NCBI GenBank assembly: GCA_902573755.1 | Contig: CACGLD010000002.1 | Span: 3,339-67,338 of the forward strand | Reading direction: 5' to 3' | DNA from: an uncultured Pelagibacteraceae bacterium | GTDB lineage: Bacteria > Pseudomonadota > Alphaproteobacteria > Pelagibacterales > Pelagibacteraceae | Length of the DNA: 64,000 nucleotides | Shown: positions 45,593 to 58,186 of the stretch, piece after piece | How the letters are laid out: every line of letters starts with the position of its first letter | Position numbering within the stretch: the stretch's first letter is position 1 | Translations under genes and position numbers: made by a program | The notes under the pieces: generated by a model | Told to the model about the DNA's origin: nothing | What the model saw: only the letters and a program-made list of their open reading frames with translations | Databases searched by the model: none

Positions 45593-46443
45593 TGTTAACA
45601 AAAAATTATATAGCCATTTACGCAAAATCTTTTAATTGGGCAGGTTTTTTTTTACCAAAAAAAACCTATGAAAAATGCTCTGCGCTTTATGATTTTTGTA
45701 GAGAAGCAGATAATATTGCTGATGACGAAAACAATATTGAAATAAAAAAAGATAATTTTATTAAATTTAGAAATAATTTTGTTAATAAAAATTATGATGA
45801 TCCAATTATTAAAAACATGTGGAGTCTTATTAATGAATTTAGTATTTCAACTAAAATTGTAGACGATTTATTTGAGGGTATTGATTCTGATATAAAAGAA
45901 AATGTTAAACTTAATTCAAAAAAAGAATTATTAATTTATTCCTATAGGGTAGCTGGAACAGTTGGATTGATGATGGCTAAGATATTGAATGTTCACAAAG
46001 AACAATCTCTAAAATCAGCGATTGATCTTGGGATTGCTATGCAATTAACAAATATTTCTAGAGATGTTATGGAAGATAAAAAAAATAATAGATTTTATAT
46101 CAATGAAAGTTTTGAGGAAATAAAGAATACAATCAAGCTTTCAGAAAAGTTTTATGAAAATTCATTTTACTCAATTAAAGAAATACCTTTAAGTTTCAGA
46201 TTTTCTATTTTAGTAGCAAGAAGAGTTTATAGAAAAATAGGATATAAAATTTTAAATAAACAAAATATAGAAAATTATAAAAAGTCTGGAAAAATTTATG
46301 TTTCAAATATTGAGAAAATTATTGAAACTTTTTTATCTATTTTTGACTTAATTAAGTTATCACTTATAAGTAAAAACGATGATAATATTAATCATGACCA
46401 TAATTTAATTAATGAAGAAATAAATTTAAATGAAAGAATTTGA
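45592..46443 (+). CDS. crtB: Phytoene synthase
   Basis: AKSF, YDFCREADNIAD, YRVAGTVG, LGIAMQLTNISRDVMED. Confidence 0.92.
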   Translation: MLTKNYIAIYAKSFNWAGFFLPKKTYEKCSALYDFCREADNIADDENNIEIKKDNFIKFRNNFVNKNYDDPIIKNMWSLINEFSISTKIVDDLFEGIDSDIKENVKLNSKKELLIYSYRVAGTVGLMMAKILNVHKEQSLKSAIDLGIAMQLTNISRDVMEDKKNNRFYINESFEEIKNTIKLSEKFYENSFYSIKEIPLSFRFSILVARRVYRKIGYKILNKQNIENYKKSGKIYVSNIEKIIETFLSIFDLIKLSLISKNDDNINHDHNLINEEINLNERI

Positions 46444-47494
46444 TTACACAATTATAGGTGGAGGTTGTGCAGGTCTTTCATTAGCATATGAGCTGGAAGT
46501 TTATGAAAAATTAAAAGATAAAACCCTAGCAATAATTGAACCAAGAGAAGATTATAAAAGAGATAAAACCTGGTCATTTTGGAAAGTTTTTTCCCATAAT
46601 TTTGATGACTGTGTCAAAAAAAGTTGGAATAATTTTACAATAAATACACCCAATAATACAAAATATATAAATTGCGAAAATACGCCATATCAAACAATTG
46701 ATAGTGGTATGTTCTACGAAAAAATACTTTCAAAACTTAAATTAAATAAAAATATTCAGTTTTTTAAAAGTATTGATGAAATAGATAAATCAAATTCATT
46801 TGTATTTAATAGTGTACCTAATTTTGAGAATAAACAGAGTGAGTTATGGCAACACTTTTGTGGAGTTGAAATAGAAACAGAAAAAGACTTTTTTGATGAC
46901 GAAATTTTCAATTTGATGGACTTTGCTTGTGATCAAAGAAACAAAGTTCATTTCTTTTATACGCTACCATTTACTAAAAGGAATGCATTAGTTGAAACTA
47001 CTTGGATATCTGAGCTAAATGATGAAAAACTCAAAGATTATGATGAACAAATTGATAATTATTTAAGCAACCACCTAAATATCAGAAACTGTAAAATCAA
47101 TTTCAAAGAAACTGGTGCAATTCCACTTTTTAGAAAAAAAAATGTAAATAAATTAAATGAAATTCACATAGGCTCAGCAGGAGGCATGACTAGATTAAGT
47201 ACGGGTTATACGTTCCTAAATATTCAAGAACAGAGCAGATATATAAGAGAAAACATAGAAAATATTAAAAATGTAAATTTATTTAAAATTAATTCAAAAT
47301 ATGATTTTTTAGATAAAATCTTATTAAGAGTTCTAAAAAATAATTCCAATGAAATGGGAAATATATTTTTCAAAGTTTTTAATTCAAAACCTAAAACAGC
47401 TATCAATTTTTTATCAAATAAAAGCAGTTTTTTTGAAGATTTAGAGGTAATTCTAAAAATGCCAAAGTGGAAATTTTTAAAAGAATTAATTTAA
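46430..47494 (+). CDS. crtY: Lycopene beta-cyclase
   Basis: GGGCAG, TWSFW, LMDF, FFYTLP, ETGAIP, STGY; between crtB and blh. Confidence 0.88.
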   Translation: MKEFDYTIIGGGCAGLSLAYELEVYEKLKDKTLAIIEPREDYKRDKTWSFWKVFSHNFDDCVKKSWNNFTINTPNNTKYINCENTPYQTIDSGMFYEKILSKLKLNKNIQFFKSIDEIDKSNSFVFNSVPNFENKQSELWQHFCGVEIETEKDFFDDEIFNLMDFACDQRNKVHFFYTLPFTKRNALVETTWISELNDEKLKDYDEQIDNYLSNHLNIRNCKINFKETGAIPLFRKKNVNKLNEIHIGSAGGMTRLSTGYTFLNIQEQSRYIRENIENIKNVNLFKINSKYDFLDKILLRVLKNNSNEMGNIFFKVFNSKPKTAINFLSNKSSFFEDLEVILKMPKWKFLKELI

Positions 47495-47495
47495 A

Positions 47496-48431
47496 ATGAA
47501 TAATAAAATAAAAAAAATAAATCTAAATCATTCATTTATTTTTTTCTTTTTTGTGAACATTTTTTGTATTTTACTGTTCAAGTTTAATAATTTTAATATT
47601 TCATCAATTTTGTGTTTACTTTTAATTTTAATTATAGGGGTTTCCCATGGTTCATTAGATCATATTAAAGGAAAAAAACTGCTTAAATTATTTAATATAA
47701 AATCAAATTATATATTCTATATTACATATATTTTAATTTCAGCGTTAGTTATAGTAACTTGGATATTGTTACCATCAATAACATTAATTATTTTTTTAGT
47801 AATCGCCTCCTACCACTTTGGCAAAGAGGATACACAATTTTTGATTAATGATAGATCTTATTTCACTCAAATACTTTATTTTTTTAAAGGATTTTTAATT
47901 ATACTTGCTCCTTTGTATTTTCATTTTCAGGAAACAATAGCAATTTTCAAATTATTATTAATCGATAGTGAAGCATTTTATTCAAGTTTAAATTTTATTG
48001 AGACAAATAATGTAATTCAAATAGGAATATTCTGTAGCACCCTGTCTAGTATTTTTCTTTTCTTAAAGAATTTTGAAATAAAAAAATTTGTAGTTTTTTT
48101 AGATTATTTTTCAATTTTAATATTAAATTACTATTTATCTCCACTAATTGCTTTTACTGCTTATTTCTGTTTTTTGCACTCGATTAGGCACTCAATTTCC
48201 CTCGCTATTGAACTTGATCCAAATAGTATAGTTAATGGATTTAAATTATTTGTTAATAAAGCTTTACCTTTAACAATTTTAACTGCTATTTTTTCTTTTA
48301 TTGCACTTTATCTACTGAATAATTCATTTAATTTAGATAGTGCAATTTTAAAAATAATATTTATAGGTTTGGCGTCTTTAACCTTTCCACATATATTGCT
48401 GGAATATTTTTTAGAAAAAAATGAAAAATAA
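47496..48431 (+). CDS. blh: Brp/Blh beta-carotene 15,15'-dioxygenase
   Basis: Polytopic membrane protein with His motifs SHGSLDH, YHFG, LHSIRH and LTFPH. Confidence 0.9.
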   Translation: MNNKIKKINLNHSFIFFFFVNIFCILLFKFNNFNISSILCLLLILIIGVSHGSLDHIKGKKLLKLFNIKSNYIFYITYILISALVIVTWILLPSITLIIFLVIASYHFGKEDTQFLINDRSYFTQILYFFKGFLIILAPLYFHFQETIAIFKLLLIDSEAFYSSLNFIETNNVIQIGIFCSTLSSIFLFLKNFEIKKFVVFLDYFSILILNYYLSPLIAFTAYFCFLHSIRHSISLAIELDPNSIVNGFKLFVNKALPLTILTAIFSFIALYLLNNSFNLDSAILKIIFIGLASLTFPHILLEYFLEKNEK

Positions 48432-49365
48432 AGAATTAAAAATATTATTATCTGCGCCTCGTGGGTTTTGTGCTGGAGTAGAAAGAGCAATTGAAATAGT
48501 AGAAAAATCTATCCAAAAATTTGGAGCTCCAGTTTATGTGCGTCATGAAATAGTGCATAATAAGTATGTTGTAGATGATTTAAAAAATAAAGGGGCAATA
48601 TTTGTTGAAGAGCTGGAGGAGATAAAGGATAAATCAAGACCAGTAATTTTTTCAGCGCATGGTGTTCCGAAAAAAATACCTGAAGATGCAAAAAGTTATA
48701 AAATGACTTATGTGGATGCTACATGTCCACTTGTTTCTAAAGTTCATAGAGAAGCAGAGAATCTTAATAAAGCTGGTTACCATATAATTTTAATTGGTCA
48801 TGAAAATCATCCAGAAGTAATTGGGACTATGGGGCAATTAAATGAAGGTTCTATAGATCTAATCCAAAGTGAGGAAGAGGCTACAAACTATCAAAATAAA
48901 CAAGATAAAAAATTGGCATATATTACACAGACTACTTTGTCAGTTGATGATACAAAAGAAATAATCAAAATTTTAAAAACCAATTTTCCTAATATAAAAG
49001 AACCAATGAAAGAAGATATTTGTTATGCAACTACTAACCGACAAATGGCAGTAAAAAATATTGCAAAAAATTGTGATATGTTTTTTGTTATTGGAAGTAG
49101 AAACTCTTCAAATTCTGTTAGACTAGTGGAAGTAGCAAAAAAATCAGGCTGTGAAAATTCACAACTTATTCACTCAGAAAGCTTAATACCGTATGATCAA
49201 ATAGAAAATTGCAATACTATAGGTATATCTTCAGGAGCATCTGCACCAGAAATATTAGTTGAAAATTTTATTAATGATTTAAAAAATAAATTTTCTATAA
49301 GTATTGATGAAGTTGAAATAATTAAAGAAGATGTAGTATTTAAAGTTCCCAAAAAATTAAATTAA
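48421..49365 (+). CDS. ispH: 4-hydroxy-3-methylbut-2-enyl diphosphate reductase
   Basis: PRGFCAGV, DATCPLV, HPEV, DICYATTNRQ, NSSNS. Confidence 0.97.
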   Translation: MKNKELKILLSAPRGFCAGVERAIEIVEKSIQKFGAPVYVRHEIVHNKYVVDDLKNKGAIFVEELEEIKDKSRPVIFSAHGVPKKIPEDAKSYKMTYVDATCPLVSKVHREAENLNKAGYHIILIGHENHPEVIGTMGQLNEGSIDLIQSEEEATNYQNKQDKKLAYITQTTLSVDDTKEIIKILKTNFPNIKEPMKEDICYATTNRQMAVKNIAKNCDMFFVIGSRNSSNSVRLVEVAKKSGCENSQLIHSESLIPYDQIENCNTIGISSGASAPEILVENFINDLKNKFSISIDEVEIIKEDVVFKVPKKLN

Positions 49366-49368
49366 AAA

Positions 49369-50334
49369 ATGGCTGTTTATACAAAAATAAATCAAAAAGA
49401 AATTAATATTATTAATGAAAATTTTAATATTGATAAAATAAAAAGTTTTAAAGGTATCAAACAAGGAATAGAGAACACAAACTATCTTCTTAAATCAAAA
49501 AAGAAAAAATACATTTTAACTATTTTTGAAAAAAGAGTTTTACAAAAAGAAATACCTTTTTTTATGAAGTTAATGGATAATTTGAATAATTCAAAAATAA
49601 ACTGTCCCAAACCACTTAAAACAAAAGAAGACAAATATCTTATTAAATTAAAAAATAAAACTGCGTGTATTGTATCATTCTTGGATGGTAAAGATAAAAA
49701 AATATTAAATATAAATGATTGTTATGCAATTGGTAAAACAATTGCTCGAATGCATGTGGTCACAAATAAAATGAAGCTTAAGAGAAAAAATTCAATGGGT
49801 ATTAGAAATTTAAAACCCTTATTGGAAAGTATTAAATTTAAGTCAAAAAAATTTTCAAATTTAAAAGTATTCTTAAAAAATAACCTAAAAGATATTAATA
49901 GAAATTGGCCTAAAAAATTGCCCAAAGGTATTATCCATGGTGATTTATTTATAGATAATATATTCTTCAAAAAAAATAAACTTTCAGGAATTATTGATTT
50001 CTACTTTGCTGCTAATGATTATTTTATGTATGAAATTGCTATATGCATCAATGCTCTTTGTTTTGATTATAAAAAAAGAAAATTCCAAATGAATCATAAA
50101 AAAATTAAAAATTTAATCAAAGGCTATGAAAGCGTTAAAAAAATTTCAACAAAGGAAAAGAAATCTATAAATATTTTATGTAGAGGTGCAGCATTAAGAT
50201 ATTTGTTAACAAGATTGTATGACTATTCAAATACACCAAAAACAGCATTGATTAAAATTAAAGATCCTAATGAATATTATCAAAAATTACTTTCTCACAA
50301 TAATTTAAGTTCATTTAAAGACTATTTAAATTAA
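49369..50334 (+). CDS. thrB: Homoserine kinase, type II
   Basis: MAVYT, GIENTNY, IHGDLFIDN, IDFYFA, KDP; ispH-thrB-rnhA order. Confidence 0.92.
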   Translation: MAVYTKINQKEINIINENFNIDKIKSFKGIKQGIENTNYLLKSKKKKYILTIFEKRVLQKEIPFFMKLMDNLNNSKINCPKPLKTKEDKYLIKLKNKTACIVSFLDGKDKKILNINDCYAIGKTIARMHVVTNKMKLKRKNSMGIRNLKPLLESIKFKSKKFSNLKVFLKNNLKDINRNWPKKLPKGIIHGDLFIDNIFFKKNKLSGIIDFYFAANDYFMYEIAICINALCFDYKKRKFQMNHKKIKNLIKGYESVKKISTKEKKSINILCRGAALRYLLTRLYDYSNTPKTALIKIKDPNEYYQKLLSHNNLSSFKDYLN

Positions 50335-50759
50335 TGATTACAATTTACACAGACGGTTCTTGTTTAACCAATCCAGGTAATGGTGGATGGGCTGCTATTA
50401 TAAATGATGAAAAAGAAATAAGAAAAATTAGTGGTAGTGAAAAAAACACTACAAATAATAGAATGGAGCTACTTGCTCCAATAAATGCACTGAAGGATAT
50501 GAAACCTGGTGTTGAAATAAAAATATATACTGACTCTCAATATGTAAAAAATGGAATAACTGAATGGATTAATACTTGGTTAGCTAATAATTGGAAAACA
50601 TCAAAAAAAGAAGATGTTAAAAATAAAGATTTGTGGATTGAATTATATAATTTGAATAAATCACTTAATGTTCAATGGAATTGGGTAAAGGCTCATGATG
50701 GAAATCCTATGAATGAAGAGGTAGACTTGTTAGCTAAAAAAGCTGCAAATTTAGACTAA
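50334..50759 (+). CDS. rnhA: Ribonuclease HI
   Basis: YTDGSC, TTNNRMEL, TDSQY, WVKAH, NEEVD. Confidence 0.96.
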   Translation: MITIYTDGSCLTNPGNGGWAAIINDEKEIRKISGSEKNTTNNRMELLAPINALKDMKPGVEIKIYTDSQYVKNGITEWINTWLANNWKTSKKEDVKNKDLWIELYNLNKSLNVQWNWVKAHDGNPMNEEVDLLAKKAANLD

Positions 50760-51236
50760 ATTTAAAAAATTTTCTGCTGCTGAAATTTCACAAGATCCAG
50801 TATCTTTTTCTTCTTGTAACTTAATAACCTTCATATCTTCAACATACATCGTGTATCTATTTGATCTAATACCTAAACCTCTACCACTTTTATCAACATC
50901 CGCACCTATATCTTTAGTAAAGTTTAAAAAAGGATCTCCCATCATAATAATTTTATCGCCTACGTTATTTTCTTTTCCCCAGGCATTCATAACAAAAGGA
51001 TCATTTACAGATATGCAAATAATATGATCAATACCTTTTTCTTTATACTTGTCATGCAACTTAACATAACCAGGTAAATGTTTAGCGGAACACACTGATG
51101 TATAAGCACCTGGTAATCCAAATAAAACTACTTTTTTATTTTTGAAAAAATCTTCAATTTTTTTTTTAGTTGGCTCACCATTTTCTAAAACAAACACTTC
51201 TGAATTTGGCAGTAAATCTTTTTCGTTTATTTTCAT
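50751..51236 (-). CDS. Peroxiredoxin (Prx5 / type II)
   Basis: PGAYTSVCS...HLPG peroxidatic motif, SVNDPFVM, RSNRY. Confidence 0.92.
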   Translation of the reverse strand: MKINEKDLLPNSEVFVLENGEPTKKKIEDFFKNKKVVLFGLPGAYTSVCSAKHLPGYVKLHDKYKEKGIDHIICISVNDPFVMNAWGKENNVGDKIIMMGDPFLNFTKDIGADVDKSGRGLGIRSNRYTMYVEDMKVIKLQEEKDTGSCEISAAENFLNLV

Positions 51237-52615
51237 TGTGTTCTATCTTTAATATGTTGTTTTACTTTTTCAATATCATTTTCAACAATATCATAATTTT
51301 CTTTTTGATCTAAAATAAAAGTTAATTCATTGGGCAATTCTGCTTTCACATTAATTGCACTTTGAATTGCACCTGGAAATTTGCAGGGATGCGCTGTTGC
51401 AAGTACGATATTGTTTCCTTTTAAGTTATGTTTATCAAATGCTCCATACCCAATAGCTGTGTGTGGATCTAAAACTATGGCAAATTTTTCATATACATTC
51501 TTAATTACCTCTAAAGTCTCATCCTCACTCATTCTAGCTGATAAAAAGTTTTCGCTAATTTTATTTAATTTTTCGTCGTTTATTAAATACTGTCCCTTCT
51601 CTTTAATATTTTTCATATCTAGAGAAGTCTGTTGATCGTCTCTATTATTAAGATCAAATATAAGTCTTTCAAAATTACTGGCTATTTGTATGTCCATACT
51701 TGGAGAGATGGTTTCTGAAACTTTTTCTGCTTCATAACTACCTTTTGAAATTGCTCTATGTAAAATATCATTTTGATTAGTTGCAACAATTAATTTATCT
51801 ATCGGCAAGCCCATTTTTTTGGCTAAATATCCTGCGTATACATCTCCAAAATTTCCTGTTGGTACTGAAAAATTTGTTGGTTCACTTGTATCCTCAACTG
51901 ATAAATAACTATAAAAGTAATAAACACTTTGAGCAATAATCCTCGCCCAGTTAATAGAGTTTACACCTGACATTTTAATATCATTTGAAAATTTCTTATC
52001 TGCAAACATGGATTTAACTAAGTTTTGACAGTCATCAAAATTTCCCTTTATGGCTATGTTAAATACGTTTTTGTCTTTACCTGTTGTCATTAATTTTCTT
52101 TGAACTGGTGAAACACGATTATCCGGATGAAGTACAAAAATATTGACATTTTTTTTACCTCTAATTGCATCAATTGCTGCTGCACCAGTATCTCCAGATG
52201 TAGCAACAACAATATTAATCTTTTGATTTTCATTATTTAGGTAATACTCATAAAAGTTACCCAAAAGTTGCATAGCAATATCTTTAAAAGCTAAAGTCGG
52301 ACCATGAAACAGTTCTAATACTGTTCTGTCTCCGAGCTTTATGGAATCTACAACATTATCTCGTCTAAATACCGAGTAAGACTTATCAATAATTTTACTC
52401 AATTCAGCTTGTGACATGAAATTACCTATAAATGGATAAACGATCTTTTTAGCTAACTCTGGGTAGCTTAGTTTTTTAAAATCTTTAACTTCATTTTCAG
52501 TATATTTCGTTAATTTTTCTGGAATAAATAAGCCTCCATCACCAGCAAGGCCTTTGATAAAAACGTCTTTAAATTCAAAGGTTTTTGATGTGTCTCTTGT
52601 ACTTACGTATTTCAT
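51233..52615 (-). CDS. thrC: Threonine synthase
   Basis: YVSTR, ELFHGPTLAFKD, ATSGDTG, NSINWAR, PTGNFG. Confidence 0.97.
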   Translation of the reverse strand: MKYVSTRDTSKTFEFKDVFIKGLAGDGGLFIPEKLTKYTENEVKDFKKLSYPELAKKIVYPFIGNFMSQAELSKIIDKSYSVFRRDNVVDSIKLGDRTVLELFHGPTLAFKDIAMQLLGNFYEYYLNNENQKINIVVATSGDTGAAAIDAIRGKKNVNIFVLHPDNRVSPVQRKLMTTGKDKNVFNIAIKGNFDDCQNLVKSMFADKKFSNDIKMSGVNSINWARIIAQSVYYFYSYLSVEDTSEPTNFSVPTGNFGDVYAGYLAKKMGLPIDKLIVATNQNDILHRAISKGSYEAEKVSETISPSMDIQIASNFERLIFDLNNRDDQQTSLDMKNIKEKGQYLINDEKLNKISENFLSARMSEDETLEVIKNVYEKFAIVLDPHTAIGYGAFDKHNLKGNNIVLATAHPCKFPGAIQSAINVKAELPNELTFILDQKENYDIVENDIEKVKQHIKDRTQ

Positions 52616-53269
52616 TTAATAATTTTTTTTCCTAAAATATAAATATATTAAAAGAATTGAAATCGCCATAGAAAACCAGGTAATTGCATACTTCTTATGA
52701 TTATTTGAAATTTTAGCAGTAATCACTCTTGGTTTTGGAATTTTATAATCACCGTTTAAATAAATGACATACTCTGAAAAATTTCTTCCAGTAAATTTTG
52801 AAATATCTTCTCTATTCAAAGTAAACCAATAATTTTTCTCAATATCGTTTTCTGGTTTAAATGCACTTGGTTTTGTTTGTAGCATAAGAGTGCCAATTAT
52901 TTGATTTTGATTAACTAAATTTATTTCGGGTAGGTCTTTTTTTTCAAAAGGTATCCATCCCCTATTGATTAAGTAATTTTCATTACCAATTTTTATTGGA
53001 TTAATTACCTCAAATCCAGGTTTCCCCGCATCATTTAAATTGTACAAATAAATTTGTTTATTAAAATCAATATCTCCACTTGTCTTTATTCTAAGATAGT
53101 TTTTTTTTTCAATGTTGGATAATTCCACTGGGTAGTTATTTAAAGAATTTTCTATTTGCTCAATTAGCTCTAATTTCCAATTTAATCTATAAATTTGCCA
53201 AAACCCTAAGGAGAGAAGAGTTAAAATAATAAAATAAACAAAAACTGAAAATAGTAATTTATTCTTCAA
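52616..53269 (-). CDS. SURF1-family cytochrome oxidase assembly protein
   Basis: LGFWQIYR..WK, INRGWI, NNHKKYAITWF. Confidence 0.92.
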   Translation of the reverse strand: MKNKLLFSVFVYFIILTLLSLGFWQIYRLNWKLELIEQIENSLNNYPVELSNIEKKNYLRIKTSGDIDFNKQIYLYNLNDAGKPGFEVINPIKIGNENYLINRGWIPFEKKDLPEINLVNQNQIIGTLMLQTKPSAFKPENDIEKNYWFTLNREDISKFTGRNFSEYVIYLNGDYKIPKPRVITAKISNNHKKYAITWFSMAISILLIYLYFRKKNY

Positions 53270-53278
53270 GGATAAATA

Positions 53279-54067
53279 TTAACTTCCCCAAATATAAATT
53301 GCAGCAAATAAGAATAGCCACACTACGTCAACGAAATGCCAGTACCAAGCAGCTGCTTCAAATCCAAAATGATGATCTTTAGTAAAATGACCTAGTCTTC
53401 CTCTCCACAAGCATACTGCTAAAAATATCGTTCCAATTATGACGTGAAAACCATGAAAACCTGTTGCCATATAAAATACAGCTCCATAAATATGTCCTGA
53501 GTACGTAAAAGTAGCGTGATGATATTCGTATGCTTGCAATAATGTAAAAAAGAAACCTAGAATAACTGTTAGTGTTAAACCTTGTATAAATCCTTTTCTA
53601 TCATCTTCTAATAAAGCGTGATGAGCCCAAGTAACAGTTGTTCCTGATAATAATAAAACTAGAGTATTTATTAAAGGAATGTCCCAAGGATCAAACGTTT
53701 CAATGTCTTTAGGAGGCCATACATTTCCAACAAATTCATTTGGAAATAAACTTATATCAAAGTAAGCCCAGAACCATGCAACAAAGAACATTACCTCTGA
53801 AGCAATAAATAAAGTCATCCCATATCTATGATGAATTTGAACAACAGGAGTGTGATGACCTTGATGTTCAGCTTCGATTACTACATCTCTAAACCACATA
53901 TATGCACCATAAATTAATAGTGCTAAACCAAGGTACATTCCCCATGAAATACCGTTGTGCATATAAAAAATTGCACCAATGGCTAATACTAGGCATGCAA
54001 AGGATGTGTAGATTGGCCAAGGGCTTGGATCAACTAAGTGGTAATCGTGTTTTTTTTCTGCTGACAT
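53279..54067 (-). CDS. ctaE: Cytochrome c oxidase subunit III
   Basis: HLVDPSPWP, SEVMFF, TGFHGFHV, WYWHFVDVVW. Confidence 0.97.
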   Translation of the reverse strand: MSAEKKHDYHLVDPSPWPIYTSFACLVLAIGAIFYMHNGISWGMYLGLALLIYGAYMWFRDVVIEAEHQGHHTPVVQIHHRYGMTLFIASEVMFFVAWFWAYFDISLFPNEFVGNVWPPKDIETFDPWDIPLINTLVLLLSGTTVTWAHHALLEDDRKGFIQGLTLTVILGFFFTLLQAYEYHHATFTYSGHIYGAVFYMATGFHGFHVIIGTIFLAVCLWRGRLGHFTKDHHFGFEAAAWYWHFVDVVWLFLFAAIYIWGS

Positions 54068-54076
54068 TTTTCGTGA

Positions 54077-54610
54077 TTATGATTGTTTATAGTAATCTGT
54101 CGAGAAAAAAGTGTACGACATGGTTACGTCTTTTAGATTTTTTGTAGTTGGATCATTTACAAGTTCAGGGTCTAAATAAAAAGTCATTACATAAGTAGCC
54201 TTCTCACCAGCCTTCAACTCTTGTTTTTCAAAGCAAAAACATCCTAATTTACTGTAATATTTGCCAAAACTAGCAGGTGAAACATTGAAGCTCGCTACTC
54301 CAAAAGTTGTATCATCACCATAGTTTTCTACCTCAAACTCTATTCTATTAACCTGGCCAACCTTAACATCAATTACATTCGATTTTGCCTTAAAGTCCCA
54401 TTCTAGATTGTTTACATTTGTATCAAATCTAACACTTACTACTTTATCCAATACTATATCTGGAGCTTCTTTTGAAACCTGTGTTGTTCCCCCAAATCCA
54501 GTTACCCTACAAAATAAATCGTACAAAGGTACTGCAGCAAATGACAAACCTAGCATAAGAACAAAAATTCCTGCTAACAATATTGGGGTTAATGTTTTGC
54601 CTTTCATCAT
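54077..54610 (-). CDS. ctaG: Cytochrome c oxidase copper chaperone CtaG/Cox11
   Basis: VPLYDLFCRVTGFGG, CFCF, SYTFF. Confidence 0.95.
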   Translation of the reverse strand: MMKGKTLTPILLAGIFVLMLGLSFAAVPLYDLFCRVTGFGGTTQVSKEAPDIVLDKVVSVRFDTNVNNLEWDFKAKSNVIDVKVGQVNRIEFEVENYGDDTTFGVASFNVSPASFGKYYSKLGCFCFEKQELKAGEKATYVMTFYLDPELVNDPTTKNLKDVTMSYTFFSTDYYKQS

Positions 54611-54732
54611 ATCTGCCTATCAAATACTCCGACGTTATAAAGTGTAAAAACAAATAAAAAAACCATAAAAGCCAAAATTACTATCGCAGTTATTATATTT
54701 TTTTTCTTTGTCTTTTTATCAGGTGTTATCAT
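54607..54732 (-). CDS. Small single-TM protein in the cox operon (CoxF-like), 41 aa, absent from the ORF track
   Basis: MITPDKKTKKKNIITAIVILAFMVFLFVFTLYNVGVFDRQI*; ATGA overlaps with both the ctaB stop and the ctaG start; fills the gap exactly. Confidence 0.8.
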   Translation of the reverse strand: MITPDKKTKKKNIITAIVILAFMVFLFVFTLYNVGVFDRQI

Positions 54733-55640
54733 AAAATTTTATCTATTAAGAACAGAACAAATATTAAGAATAAATATAAAATTGAATACCCAAATATTGT
54801 TTTTGCTTTTTTTGCATCGAATTTGTTTTTCTTAAAATTATAAAGTTCGAAACATAAATAATTATAGTAAATTGTCAAAATTAAAGATGGTATTAAAAAC
54901 GCTAAACCTACGAACCCAATAGCATATGGTAAAATTACGACTGGTAACATTGTAAGCGAATAAACAACTATATTTAATTTTGTACTCTCCACACCGTTAG
55001 TAAGTGGAAGCATTGGTATTTTTGCTTTCTTATAATCGTCAGATTTGTACAAACTTAAAGCCCAGAAATGAGAAGGTGTCCAAAAAAATATAATTAAAAA
55101 GAAAGTAAGCGGCTCTAATGAAAAAGAGTTAGTGGCTATAGTCCAGCCAATAACAGGTGGTAATGCTCCTGCAGCACCACCAATAACAATGTTTTGAGGA
55201 GTCTTTCTCTTCAGCCAAATTGTATAAACAAATACATAAAACAATATAGTAAACAGTAACAAGACAGCTGATATTCTATTTGAGTAAAAATCGAGCGCAA
55301 TTACAGAAAATATTGAAAGAGAAATTCCAAATACTAGTGCTTGATTTCTATTTACCTTGCCTGTCGGAATTGGTCTCAAACAAGTTCTTGTCATAAGGGC
55401 ATCTAAATCTGACTCGTACCACATATTTAAAGCCCCAGCTGCTCCTGCTCCAATTGAAACTAAAATTATTCCAATGATTGCATCTTTTGTTGGTATTACA
55501 TTGGGAGCCATTAACAACCCAACTGCGCATGTAAATATAACCAAAGACATCACTCTTGGTTTCATTAATTTAAATAATTCAGATAAATTAAAGGCGTCTT
55601 CTTGAGATAAGTTTCTATTTTTTAATTTAGACTTAATCAT
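54729..55640 (-). CDS. ctaB: Heme O synthase (protoheme IX farnesyltransferase)
   Basis: LMKPRV, DALMTRT..RP, KRKTPQNIVIGG, WTPSHFW. Confidence 0.96.
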   Translation of the reverse strand: MIKSKLKNRNLSQEDAFNLSELFKLMKPRVMSLVIFTCAVGLLMAPNVIPTKDAIIGIILVSIGAGAAGALNMWYESDLDALMTRTCLRPIPTGKVNRNQALVFGISLSIFSVIALDFYSNRISAVLLLFTILFYVFVYTIWLKRKTPQNIVIGGAAGALPPVIGWTIATNSFSLEPLTFFLIIFFWTPSHFWALSLYKSDDYKKAKIPMLPLTNGVESTKLNIVVYSLTMLPVVILPYAIGFVGLAFLIPSLILTIYYNYLCFELYNFKKNKFDAKKAKTIFGYSILYLFLIFVLFLIDKIL

Positions 55641-55673
55641 TAATTTAAAGTTAAAAAATCTTGTTCGCTATAT

Positions 55674-58125
<2,452 letters not shown>

Positions 58126-58186
58126 TTTTTTACTCTATATAGAGTGTCTTTTAAAAAAATACACTTTTACTTTTAGCGACAAAATA

